Source of the DNA: Eledone cirrhosa
Lineage: Eukaryota
NCBI GenBank assembly: GCA_964016885.1
Contig: OZ024743.1
Coordinates: 320,850,001 to 320,914,000 of the forward strand
Direction: 5' to 3'
Length of the DNA stretch: 64,000 bases
Shown: piece after piece, positions 13,692-26,305 of the stretch
Numbering within the stretch: the first letter of the stretch is position 1
How the letters are laid out: the number at the start of each line of letters is the position of its first letter
The notes under the pieces: generated by a model
Seen by the model: only the letters and a program-made list of their open reading frames with translations
The model's database searches: none
What the model was told of the DNA's origin: nothing
Position numbers and translations under genes: made by a program

Positions 13692-13771
13692 CTTCCCTGA
13701 CGACGAAATGCTTCTCTTTATTTTCTTCGGAAAGTATATTTATTCCATTTTAGAAACTAATTAGTTGGGAG
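13692..13771 (+). ncRNA. Type-I hammerhead ribozyme with long stem II region
   Basis: CTTCC-CTGACGA-...-GAAAC TAATTA GTT-GGGAG; palindromic loop III. Confidence 0.75.
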
Positions 13772-13937
13772 TGAAATTTTAGTAAGTAAGTTAATTTTAT
13801 AATTTTCTTATTTTACGTCTCTCATATTATTGTTCTGCAACCCCATGCATTGAACCACAAAGTTACTAAGACAAAACCTATTATTTGCTAGCATTGATAT
13901 GCATCTGTATGTATATATATGTTACTAGATATTAATT

Positions 13938-14071
<134 letters not shown>

Positions 14072-14857
14072 ATTATCCCACATATATATATATATATTGT
14101 CTCCTAACATAATACTTTCATGATGAAGGACAACCGTCGAATACATTCGGACATTCGTTTTCCCACATGTATAACACAAATTAAACCTTATTTAATTATT
14201 TATGCAGTTGACTTCTTTGTATAGCTATGACTTCGAACGAATGAAACATTTCTAGTTCTATAAATATCATTTCTACGGGAAATAAATCTTCCTCTGTTTC
14301 TTAACGAAATACCTTTGTTCTACTCCGAATTACTGACACTTCCTTATCACACATGCTGTTTAGTATACGGTGAAACCATAATTGTCTCACTCGGCACAAT
14401 TGAAGCTAGTTTTCAACACATTGCAATGAAACATATGTCACGCAAATAGATAAAACGAAGTTGATTCCTAAATCAAGAGTAACAGGTAGAAAAAAATGAT
14501 TAGGACGTCAGATATATTGGTTTCTGAAACATGCTAAGCTTTACTGCTCCCTCTAAAACACATTGATTACCAATCAATTAATTATGGAGCTGGCAACGTA
14601 TACACCCAGCCCTCATTAAGTTAGTTCCCACGTATTTCATTTTTACTGCAGTTTAGACAACAGCTGTGCTACATATAACGCGTGTTACATTTTTGTATAT
14701 TGATTTTTCTATTTAGAATGTTATATAAGGTCTCAAATTTTATAATTGGCACCACAAATCGCCAAGAGGAAGTTATCGGTTATTGCGGCTCTTGCTGGTA
14801 TTTATCACTGTTTACTATTTCTTGGATAATAACATTTCTGTTTTGTCTTATTAATAG

Positions 14858-14872
14858 ATACCATACTTATAA
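14858..14872 (+). CDS. Candidate 15-nt microexon of host gene
   Basis: TTCTGTTTTGTCTTATTAATAG|ATACCATACTTATAA|GTAAGC; open in phase 1-1. Confidence 0.3.
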   Translation: MPYL

Positions 14873-15161
14873 GTAAGCATGAAGAACCAAGAGAAAACAC
14901 CATCTCTAACAATACGTTACGATCTTCGCATCTCAAAAAATGTATTAGATTTATAGCAACAATAATTAAATCGCCCAAAATATATTAATCAATACAGTAT
15001 TATTTCCATCAAGAAAGTAATATAGTTACTTTAGATGATATAATACATTTAATACATTTTTATCATTGCAGGTTTTCTAACTTTATGCATGAGCGTAGCA
15101 GGAAGACCTGGTCCATGTAAGTAAAATTTAATAAACCTTTAAATTCTCTTTCTTCCTCTAT

Positions 15162-15201
<40 letters not shown>

Positions 15202-15205
15202 TCTC

Positions 15206-15280
<75 letters not shown>

Positions 15281-15620
15281 ATATATATAACACATTATAC
15301 ATATAACACACATATATATATATAACATATATATATATGACATATATATATATACAACACATTATACGTTTATACATATAATACAACACATTAACCGCAG
15401 TCATGCATGTTTATGTATGTATGAATAAATTTGTTGAATAACCAACAAATTAAATAACTCTTTGCTTATATATATATATATGCAAACTATATTTATATAG
15501 ATACATACACACAATCATACATGTATATGTATGATTGTGTATGTATAATTGTGTGTCTATATAAATATAGTTTGCATTTTATTAAAAGAGGAGAATGGTT
15601 CCACCTGCATCAAAGATAAT

Positions 15621-15781
15621 TATTTCTACTTTTGGCACAAGGCCAGCAATTGTCTCAGTGCATTACTGGTACTTTATTTTATGTACCAGGTAAGGATGAA
15701 AGGCAAAGTTAACCTCAGCGGGATTTGAACTCAGATCGTAAAGGGGCGTAACTCTATGCTACAAAGATACTGCCAACCCAC
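15621..15781 (-). mobile_element. SINE with 20-bp target-site duplication
   Basis: CCACCTGCATCAAAGATAAT at 15601-15620 and 15782-15801 flanks the SINE body. Confidence 0.85.
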
Positions 15782-16547
15782 CCACCTGCATCAAAGATAA
15801 TAAAACCTTATAGAAGCATAGATAGGGACAAACTGGTGACACAATGACATACAGATGATACAGAAACAAGAAATTCGTAGCTATTGACTGTACGGATGAA
15901 TTTAAACAGTTTTGACTGCTGATTCATCCGGGATCGCAGTATTAAACAAGATAATTAAACAGAACCCTGGAGTATTTTACCCGACAAGGACGATTTGAAA
16001 CTAGAATACTGAATTTGAACATGAATGATAATGTAATCAGATAAAGCAGAACGTACCTGAAATTAAATTTCAAGGGAAAATTTCATATATAATGAAAATG
16101 TTCAACATTTCAAACAATGAGTGAAGAAGATTTTCAATTAAACCAGAGAGGCAAAATAAGATAGAGAGTAGGTGACACACAGACGGAAAATGGTGGGATT
16201 GTAGTAAGCAAGTCTGATTGTTGGGGTAGTACCACATGATAGAAGAGGAGATAAGTTGTGCAGAATATAGTAAAAATCTCCCAAAAGGAAGAGGAGCGAA
16301 CGGCGGGTGGTATATCACGAGGAAGTTATAGTGAACTGTGTAGTACACAATTACTTTCCAAACATAATGTTCAGCTTTTTACTTACAATTATTCATACAA
16401 TACACGATTAACCATATATCTACCCAAACGACTTTACGAATATTACTATTGCTAAGTTATGTGTGCGCGATAATTCATTGAATGCGCTTTTACAAATGGC
16501 ATCGAGGCTTATATATATATTCAATAGAATCACGAGAATGCTTCTCA

Positions 16548-16617
<70 letters not shown>

Positions 16618-16731
16618 CCCACTCTACTACCTCAAGTATTGAGTACTTTGGTGCGTTATGGTCCACCTGGTTCCTTACCACATTTCCTTCGTTATATATA
16701 TATATATATATTTATTAAAATAACAGATTAA

Positions 16732-16782
16732 AGTTTAAGCAAAGAATCGCTGCTTTCACCCTTAACGGGATCTTCTGAAACT
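16732..16782 (-). ncRNA. Hammerhead-like motif (CAGAAGA core)
   Basis: Inverted copy of 19281-19331. Confidence 0.6.
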
Positions 16783-19280
16783 TACAAAGTCAATCTGTAA
16801 ACGCAGAAGTGGATATTTCAAAAAACGTTGCAACCGGAGGAAGACAGGAAGACGATACTTTGGTTCGTGGAAACGTTCTCCGGCACAGAACGGGAAAAAA
16901 CGAATATAATACGTCATTAATAGGAGCGGTGAAAAACAATTACACGCAAAGACAGAACCACGTTTATGGTATAAAAGAGGTCGTAGACTAATGTTCTCTT
17001 AGGTGGTTCATAGAGACGTTCTCTGGCAATGAACGAAAAAAACGAAGATAATACGTCATATGTGGAGCGTGGAGAACAATAGCACGCAAAGACAAAACCA
17101 CGTAAATGGTATAGCAGAAGTAGTAGACTAACATTCTAACTAGGAGACCGAATGAATCTCCGCTATAGAGTTAAGAACAAAGTAAATAAATACAATACAG
17201 AAGTAATAGAAATAAATAAATACATACACGCAAACAAATACGTACATACACAAGCATACGCAAAACACTTACCATAGGTATACAAAACCACGCACATATA
17301 AATATGTGTGTGTGTGTGTGTATGCGTGTATACAAATAAATAAATAATTATATAAACGTATATAAATAAATAAATACGTATATAACAAGCGCACACACAT
17401 ACCCGCACACACATACCTACATGTAAATACACGAATGTTCGGAGACGTAAGTCAACCAAAACATGAAGTACACATATACACACACCCAACATACGTACGA
17501 ACCAGCATACTCACACAGACGCAAAACTCCTGTATACACAAAGCCAAACCATATGTACCAGAAAATATAAAATTATACGCCATATCATAAACAATCAAAT
17601 ATACGTACGAGAAGGTATACGTACCTTCACAAAACATACGGGTAATATATACTTACCTATGCAAATAAGTAAGCGTATAAACAACCATATACTTAGCTCC
17701 CACATCAAGACGTAAAATATCCACGTATAGATCGTACTATCCGTTAGGGTATAACGTGGGGCTGTAATACAGGAAAGTTTTGTGCAATTTATGTTTACAA
17801 GCCGAAATTGCATCAGATTTTTTGTTTAAGATGTAGTCTGTGGCGTAGAGTATTTCCAGGGCCTCAGCGGCGCAGAGGTCACATGGTCTTTTATTTCCAT
17901 TATACGATCTAGCCCTAGCTAGGATCTCCCAGTGTAACTTATATTGGGTGTGGTTGTCTTTTAGACTCCAGATATAAGCTGAAAGTGACGTCATATTCCT
18001 TCTTAGAGGGTAACGAAAAGAATGGGTATACATGTAAAGACGCTGCTTGAATCTATTGGCGGTTAACCCTATGTAGGCGCTACGGGACGTGGGTGTTACA
18101 ACTATATCTGGTGTCTAAAAGACAACCACACCCTATATAAGTTACACTGGCAGATCCTAGCTAGGGCTAGATCGTATAACGGAAATAAAAGACCATGTGA
18201 CCTCTGCGCCGCTGAGGCTCTGGAAATACTCTACGCCACAGACCACATCTTAAACCAAAAATCTGAGGCAATTTCGGCTTGTAAACATAAATTGCACAAA
18301 ACTCTTTCCTGTATTACAGCCCCACGTTATACCCTAACGGATAGTACGATTTATACATGGATATTTTACGTCTTGATGTGGGAGCTAAGTATATGTTTGT
18401 TTATACCATTACTTATTTGCATAGGTAAGCATATATTACCCGTATGTTTTGTGAAGGTACGTATACCTTCTCGTACGTATATTTGATTGTTTATGTTATG
18501 GCGTATAATTTTATATTTTCTGGTACATATGGTTTAGCCTTGTGTATACGGGAGTTTTGCGTCTGTGTGAGTATGCTGGTTCGTACGTATGTAGGGTGTG
18601 TGTATATGTGTACTTTATGTTTTGGTTGACTTACGTCGGCGAACATTCGTGTATTTACATGTAGGTATGTGTGTGCGCTTGTTATATACGTATTTATTTA
18701 TTTATATACGTTTATATAATTATTTATTTATTTGTATACACGCATACACACACACACATAATTATATGTGCATGGTTTTGTATACCTATGGTAAGTGTTT
18801 TGCGTATGCTTGTGTATGTACGTATTTGTTTGCGTGTATGTATTTATTTATTTCTATTACTTCTGTATTGTATTTATTTACTTTATTCTTAACTCTGTAG
18901 CGGAGATTCATTCGGTCTCCTAGTTAGAATTTTAGTCTACGACTTCTGCTATACCATTTACGTGGTTTTGTCTTTGCGTGCTATTGTTCTCCACGCTCCA
19001 CATATGACGTATTTTCTTCGTTTTTTTCGTTCATTGCCAGAGAACATCTCTATGAACCACCTAAGAGAACATTAGTCTACGACCTCTTTTATACCATAAA
19101 TATGGTTCTGTCTTTGCGTGTAATTGTTTTTCACCGCTCCTATTAATGACGTATTATATTCGTTTTTTCCCGTTCTGTGCCAGCGAACGTTTCCACGAAC
19201 CAAAGTATCGTCTTCCTGTCTTCTTCTGGTTGCAACATTTTTTGAAATATCCACTTCTGCGTTTACAGATTGACTTTGTT

Positions 19281-19331
19281 AGTTTCAGAAGATCCCGTTA
19301 AGGGTGAAAGCAGCGATTCTTTGCTTAAACT
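19281..19331 (+). ncRNA. Hammerhead-like motif (CAGAAGA core)
   Basis: AGTTT-CAGAAGA-TCCC GTTAA GGGT-GAA AGCA..TGCT T-AAACT; stems I-III pair. Confidence 0.6.
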
Positions 19332-19443
19332 TTAATCTGTTATTTTAATAAATATTTGCTCTACGGTTCTTATATATATATATATATATATATATATCCT
19401 TATCGAGCCCTCTTTGGATTTTAGTCTTCAAATTTATTATTAT

Positions 19444-19489
<46 letters not shown>

Positions 19490-19499
19490 TATATAGTAT

Positions 19500-21628
19500 T
19501 AATTATTAACCTTCTAAATACCTCTGTAGCAAGCAACCATATTGACGGCAGTAACAATAGAAATAACACTAGTATAAGAAATAACACCGGGGTTGACAAC
19601 CCGAATATCCAAAATCTTATAGCTACCACCCAGACTTCTGCACTGCATTATAACCAGCAGACTAACACACAGGATAATTGTAACTGTAGAGCTAATAGAA
19701 CCTGCCCTTTAGATAAAAAATGCCTAACCAAGGATATCATATACTCATGCACCGTCACAACTAGCAACTCTTCAGAAACCTATGTAGGCTCCACTTCTAA
19801 CTGCTTCAAAATCAGATATAATTCGCACATCCACTCGTTCAAAAAGCACAGCCTAGCCAACTCCCCCTCACTATCTAGCTACATACACTATCTAAAAACT
19901 AAAAATAAACCTTACACACTCAAATGGGAAGTGATAGGCAGCGCGACTTCGTACAAACCACCTAATAAATTTTGTAACCTCTGTATACTAGAGACCCACA
20001 ATATTATCTTCTCTAACCGTAACCTACTTAACAAAAAATCTGAAGTGTTTGCAACTTGCCAGCACCGCTTCAGACATTCCTTACAAAACTTTAAGCCCAA
20101 TATATAGCAATGTCGGACTTGAACCAAACACCACCTTTAGCATCAAACACCAGGGGCACACCTTATACCACATACCCAACACTAACTGATCTAATATAAC
20201 ACAAACAGCGACATCCCTCTAGAACCCTTCGCAGGGCGAATACCCATTTATACCTCTACGTTAGGTGTGACAACATCCACCCACTTGAACTGCACTCCAC
20301 CACTCTATAGGTAATTTAAGCATGAATTGATTGGCTTGTTAGTGTTGTGCGGAGGAAGTGCCTTCCTTGGACAGATGAAAAACGATTTAATCTAGTAACG
20401 CTGTTGAGCAGTAGGACCGGTACGCTGAGTGCAGAGAATGAATGTATTGCAACTGGCGTGCGGGTTGTACATATATGGATGATTTGATGGTCAGAGTGGG
20501 GTCATGAGGACTGCGGATTGACCTCTGGTCGGCCCTGGTGATGATTATCTTTCGACATCCAATGTAGCAAGCGATGACCCAGAACTTACCAGAGATCATT
20601 GTGTGTTGAAGTGATTCTGCAATCACAGCGCCTGGTCCTATGAGTAGACTACAACCACAGATATCATTAATTTAGAATCCTCGCTCGTCGTCTATAATAT
20701 TCATTTGTGGCACCCTACGATGGGGGTTAATTCACCATAATAATACGAACACCTTCAGCACAACTTAATAGACTACTCTATAGTTAAAACACTTTAGGCT
20801 TTAGAAATTTTTTAGAAGTTGCGCATAACCATAGAAATTAGGGGCTATTTTGAGACACATTTCAATAGTTAGTAATAGAAACCTCGGAGTTACCTCCCCT
20901 CATGCATTAACTCCCCTTAGCCACACACACACTTCCGGGTAGTATTCAATGTCGATTCTCGAAACGTAACAGCCTCCTGTATTGAACTAAAGAACATCAA
21001 ACTACGATTCTCTAACCGGATTGTCAAACGCTCAATATCGAATTGTCGTGGATTATGTGAGGGGCAAATAATCTGAAAAATACACTCCCCTGACTATGAA
21101 AATGTCGAAGTACATGAAGTCCATAACATCCCTTCGCTGTGCATTTCCAATACTTTTAATATTTTTAATGCTTGCACTATTTTTAATGCTTATATCATTT
21201 CTCCACACACAGACTATAACAATTATATAAAGAATTTGCCACCAGATCAACCAACCTAACACTCTTGTTTACCTACCTAAGTGCTTCTACTACACGTAAC
21301 TCTCTGCCACACTATATAAACAAGACGCACGTGCTTGCCACACATATAACATTTGCACTATATAACCGCTTATTTTCATGTTGTATTTTAACCTGAATTT
21401 TTGATTGTACATTTTAATATGAATGTAATCTCTAAGTGTGTACTGCCACTCTAAATGCTGTAATGAATGTTGACCCACAATATTTGCATATGTATCTGTA
21501 TGTCTCTTGGGTGAAAAGGAGGTCATATAACTGTTCATTCATTAATAAATTGCTCCGATGAATCCAAACCTCGGTTTGGAGGAAACAGTTGTAAGCACAA
21601 AAATGTTTTGAACAGTTCTTTGATTCTT

Positions 21629-21635
<7 letters not shown>
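19500..21635 (+). mobile_element. 5'-truncated Naiad-type Penelope-like element: GIY-YIG + 1.5-kb 3' region + HHR
   Basis: Frame absent from the ORF track reads CNCRANRTCPLDKKC..IIYSC..YVGSTSNCFKIRYNSH..CNLCILE..LLNKKSE..TCQH, stop at about 20107. Confidence 0.9.
21551..21597 (+). ncRNA. Type-I minimal hammerhead motif (CCGAUGA core)
   Basis: TGCT-CCGATGA-ATCCAAACCTCGGTTTGGAG-GAAAC AGTT GTA-AGCA. Confidence 0.75.
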
Positions 21636-21662
<27 letters not shown>

Positions 21663-21664
21663 CA

Positions 21665-22345
21665 TGGTGGCTGCCAACTCGTTTTCGAGTACGGCCACTA
21701 CTTCATATCCATGTAGGAGAACCCTTACCGATGCGCTGAACGAGTGTGGCTTTTTAGTCCAGCAAGCGACTTGAAAACTCTGGTACAAACACTACACTTG
21801 TGACAATTATTGACACCTAGCGTTGGGCCTATAGCACCATGTGATCCAAGGTGTCATGTGAGATCACTACTCGACCTGCATACCCTTCCACAAACATCAC
21901 ATGTCGTCGTCTGATGAACACTTATAGCTCCACAGGTGCCTGCTTCCCTGTTCTTGTGCACTCTCAGGTGACACTTTAGACCTGCCATGCTCAGACAAAC
22001 CCTATTACAGGTCTCACATGTCAGGGCAGGCCGTCTGTCAGTGCCTTCGGGAAGGCCAATATGGATTCCTTTCCGGACAACTCTTTTTAGTGTCGCGTGC
22101 CTTCTTCTTGTTTCTTCAAATAGACTCTTGCCACTAGCCACTGCTTTCCTCCAATGCGATCGATCGCTAGCGCATGCTTCCCAGTGCTCACAAGGGATGT
22201 TACCTTTCATGAGCTCCCCCTTAATGCAGTCCTTAAAACGCATCTTGGGTTTGCTCGCGTTCCCTTTTCCCATTTGGAGCTCGCCATAAAGCAGCTCTTC
22301 GACATTCGCTTGTCATTCATCCTTACAAGATGGCCTGTCCAAATT
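21665..22345 (-). mobile_element. RTE-like LINE 3' fragment with C2H2 zinc fingers
   Basis: WTGHLVRMNDKRM..KPKMRFKDCIK..WEACASDRSHWRKAV..CETCNRVCLSMAGLKCHLRVH..CDVCGRVC. Confidence 0.8.
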
Positions 22346-22554
22346 CTTGTTTTGGGTATGTCACTATCTGTAAAACAACTTTTGTATTTTATCTGACGAG
22401 GGCGTACCAAATATGTTGATACCCTTGAAATATATATAATACAATAAATATGGTTTTATAAAGATAGTTTCCATTTATTAATATTATTGATATATATATA
22501 TACCTAATAAATTTTATTTGTACTGCCTCTCTGTTTTTGTTCCCGTCCAAGTTT

Positions 22555-22597
<43 letters not shown>

Positions 22598-22760
22598 GCG
22601 GTTTTTTTTTTGGTTTTTTTTCGCATTTGTACTTATTTTCATCATCCACACATATTTTATCACTATCCTCATAATCACCAGCATCTTCATCGTCATATTC
22701 ATCTTTATAATCTATTTGTGAATGTATAGTTTAATAATTTACACATTTATTTTCTTACAG

Positions 22761-22778
22761 CTTTGGGAAACATTTTCA
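22761..22778 (+). CDS. Candidate 18-nt microexon of host gene
   Basis: TTTATTTTCTTACAG|CTTTGGGAAACATTTTCA|GTAAGT; strong splice sites, phase 1-1. Confidence 0.45.
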
Positions 22779-22914
22779 GTAAGTGTTTAATCACATTTCT
22801 AATCTTCTTGAATAAAATATCTAACAAGCAATTAAAACAAAAAAAAAACAACTGATTTACCTATACGTAAAATATTGCCAGCAACTGATTGTTTCCGTTA
22901 TTATTGGGCCTACT

Positions 22915-23100
22915 TGGGCGGTGGATTGGCAGAATCGGCAGAACGTCCCTTTACGTTCTGAGTTCAAATCCTGCTGAGGTTAGCTTTGCCTTTCATCCTT
23001 CCGGTGTTGATAAATAAAGCACCAGTAATGCACTGGGGTCGATTTAATCGACCTTCCCCTCCCCTTTAAATTGCTGGCCTGTGCTAAAAATAGAAACAAT
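22915..23100 (+). mobile_element. SINE
   Basis: Same family as 865-1085. Confidence 0.8.
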
Positions 23101-23273
23101 TAATGATATCTATTTACATGTACGCATTTGTATTTTCATATAATACTTACACATTTGGATATAAAATGATGACGGTAATTATTTCTCTTAAAAATTAATA
23201 TTAATGTGTGTGTGTAAATATATATATATATATATAATATAAGAACAAAAGATGGTTAAAAGAGTTCCATGTA

Positions 23274-23340
23274 TTTTATTATGCGCATTTCAAAAACAAA
23301 TATCATCATGCAATAATATTTGTGTTTTCATCAGATAAAA
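23274..23340 (-). ncRNA. Type-I hammerhead ribozyme
   Basis: TTTTAT-CTGATGA-long stem II-GAAAT GCGC ATA-ATAAAA. Confidence 0.8.
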
Positions 23341-23460
23341 TAGGAAGACATGATATGAAGGTTAAAAAACACTTGTGTATAGTGCAGTTTTAAATCAACA
23401 TATCAGTTTTAAACTGCACTATCCACAAGTGTTTTTTAACCTTCATATCATGCCTTCCTA

Positions 23461-23527
23461 TTTTATCTGATAAAAACACAAATATTATTGCATGATGATA
23501 TTTGTTTTTGAAATGCGCATAATAAAA
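23461..23527 (+). ncRNA. Hammerhead copy with uncompensated G8A core change (CTGATAA)
   Basis: Inverted twin of 23274-23340. Confidence 0.65.
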
Positions 23528-23711
23528 TACATGGAACACTTTTACCCATCTTTTGTTCTTATATACTATGTATACTCCAGCCCTACAAACTGTAGAGTGC
23601 TTCTTATCCGATATCTGCATTGCTTTATTGTACTACAATAAAACTCACCTCCTACACACATATATATATATATATATATACATACACACACACATATATA
23701 TATATGTACAT

Positions 23712-23751
<40 letters not shown>

Positions 23752-23834
23752 GTGTGTGTGTATATATATATATGTACATTATTTCCCTTAAAAATTAATA
23801 TTAATGTGTGTATATATCTATATATATATCTATC

Positions 23835-23870
<36 letters not shown>

Positions 23871-23887
23871 CATATATATACATACAT

Positions 23888-23939
<52 letters not shown>

Positions 23940-24372
23940 AATATATATATAATAAATACGGTGAAAAGTGTATAATTCGCTAAGGGAGGTAATTACCAGT
24001 GCCCGTAGACAGTCTACTGCATTACTTATCACCAATACCAGCTATGGGAAAACATTTTTTATTTATTTAAAAGGAATTAACATATGTGGGGTTGGTCAAC
24101 TCAGCATAAATGATGCCGTGTTTATGTGTGAATATGATAGACTGTACACATATATACCTAATGTATGGGGACACGAACACATATATACCTAATGTATGGG
24201 GGCACGTTGGGGTGCGAATTTGAAGGCCTAGAAAAATAATGCCAATTTGGATCGAAGCTGTATGTTCATATGATCAATTCATCTAAGAAGTTACTCGGGT
24301 TCAGAACACGTGTAAGAGCTATATAAAGATATGTTTTAACGACTAGTAACTCTTTCATTCACTCATTCTTTT

Positions 24373-24461
<89 letters not shown>

Positions 24462-24724
24462 ATATGTATACACGTCTGTATTTTAGAGGGACCATGCCAC
24501 CAAAAACCTTGTCAGAACAATGGAAGTTGTCATCCGTTTCTTTTGGGATATAGGTGCGTATGTAAAGACGGTGTCAGCGGAAAGAATTGCCAAACAAGTA
24601 AGTCACACTGTAAATGTAAACAAAATAAAAGTAATTTACAATAAACATTTGTATAATTTCAAAATTACATATATATTATATGAAAGCGTATATCTATCTA
24701 AACAACATCACACAAAAAAAGAAA

Positions 24725-26305
24725 ATGTCTTTTGCTGACACAGTCAACAAGAAACAAGATTTTATAAATCTTGATATCTCCAACGCAAGAGATATGCTCC
24801 AGCAAGGGAGAAAATTTGTAACTTTCGAAGAAAGAGGTGGGTTTAGAATTAACTCACCCCTTGAAATAAAGGAAGACACAAACCGCCGATCAGTCACTTT
24901 TAGGACTGTGTCAAATTCGTCAAGAAAACCGACATTTGTTAATCAGTCAGATATAGAAGATTCTTTCAAGGAGATTCTAGCAAATGTCGATTTTCTCCAG
25001 CGAGGAAAACAGTACGGAAGTGTTTCCGTACTGTTTAAAAGCGAGACACTGGCCCCAAAAAACTCTGTGACACCAATAGTGTCAAAAGCATACACCTTTT
25101 TCCCTACATACATGGGGAAAACGACACAAAAAATAAAAATAAAAAACATACCTCCAAGCATTAACATCTGGTGGATCTTGGCTGGCTTCGTAGAGCCAGA
25201 AACAGACATAATACTTTCGATACGAAAATCCATTCGACAAAGGTGGGCGGGCACCGATTTGGAGATTCTGTTGCAAATGAAAGCGGAGAGAATCTCCAAA
25301 ATACCCGAAAGAGTCGTTATTGATAATAACAACAAAATAAACATTTCGGTAGAAGGAAGAAAATTTCACTGCTTTCGCTGTGGTAGCACATCTCACCTAA
25401 AAGCCTCTTGTCCACAAACACACAACAGCAACATCATAAAAAAAACGCTATTACCAACACCAACACCAAAACAACCACCACCACCACCACAAGTACAACG
25501 ACAGACGAAACGAGCAACCACACCAAAACAAACAGACACTCAACCAACAACAACAGAAAAAACAGAGACAACACCCCTGAAGAACACATCCCCACTCCAT
25601 CCCACTCCATCAAACACTACCACAAACACACATACCGAAACACCACCACCACCACACAACATACCCTTACCCCACATACCTGACGATGATTATTCATCGA
25701 CGGATGAAGCTGCTTCTCCTTCTTTAAGTGAAGAAGAGGGAGAACCGCGGAAATCCAAAAAACAAAAAAAGAGACACCACAAAACCCCCAAAACTCCAAT
25801 CACCAACACCAACACACAACCACAGACACAAACAACAACACAAACAACACCACAGTCAAACACCCCCCTATCAGCAAACCCAGCACCAACACCACCCCAA
25901 ACACAAGCACCCACCATAAAAAGAAAACTCCCAGATGAACAACAAACTAAAACAATACAACAAAAACACAAACAACAATACGCATACATCAACACAAACA
26001 ACAAGAGTTTGATGGAGGTCATCTCCCAAAACCCCAAGGTGGAGACGGAGGGCAAAACTTTCGTCAAGGCAGAATCGTCTCCACACCTTAAACTTATAAG
26101 GGTTTCTATGGAAACCTATAAAGACCTGAAAATTAAATTTTCACAGGACGTGGGCAACGCCTGCCACAAACCCATCAACCGCGTCCTGTTGAAAGGTTTC
26201 CCCACCCCACCCAACACCCCATCCAGCACCCAAATGGAGATTGAACAACCCGATCTCCAGGTAAGTGCACCTTTCGTCCTTTTTCTCCAACTTTTCTTCA
26301 CCAAC
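24725..26305 (+). CDS. Tx1-like ORF1p (gag-like CCHC, Pro/Thr-rich), N-terminus probably truncated
   Basis: CFRCGSTSHLKASC; homologous to ORF1 at 30387; runs in frame into ORF2 without a stop. Confidence 0.85.

Larger units (their letters stand above)
16710..19352. mobile_element. Penelope-like element as a 2.6-kb palindrome (two 5'-truncated inverted copies)
   Basis: Left arm (minus) has GIY-YIG YIG..FKQRLY.H..CDLCAAE..LNKKSD at 17737-18090; about 18110-19352 is the inverted copy of about 16710-17972; (TA)n on both sides. Confidence 0.9.
23236..23565. repeat. Inverted repeat (about 155-bp arms, short spacer) carrying hammerheads
   Basis: 23236-23395 is the reverse complement of about 23405-23565. 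Confidence 0.9.
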
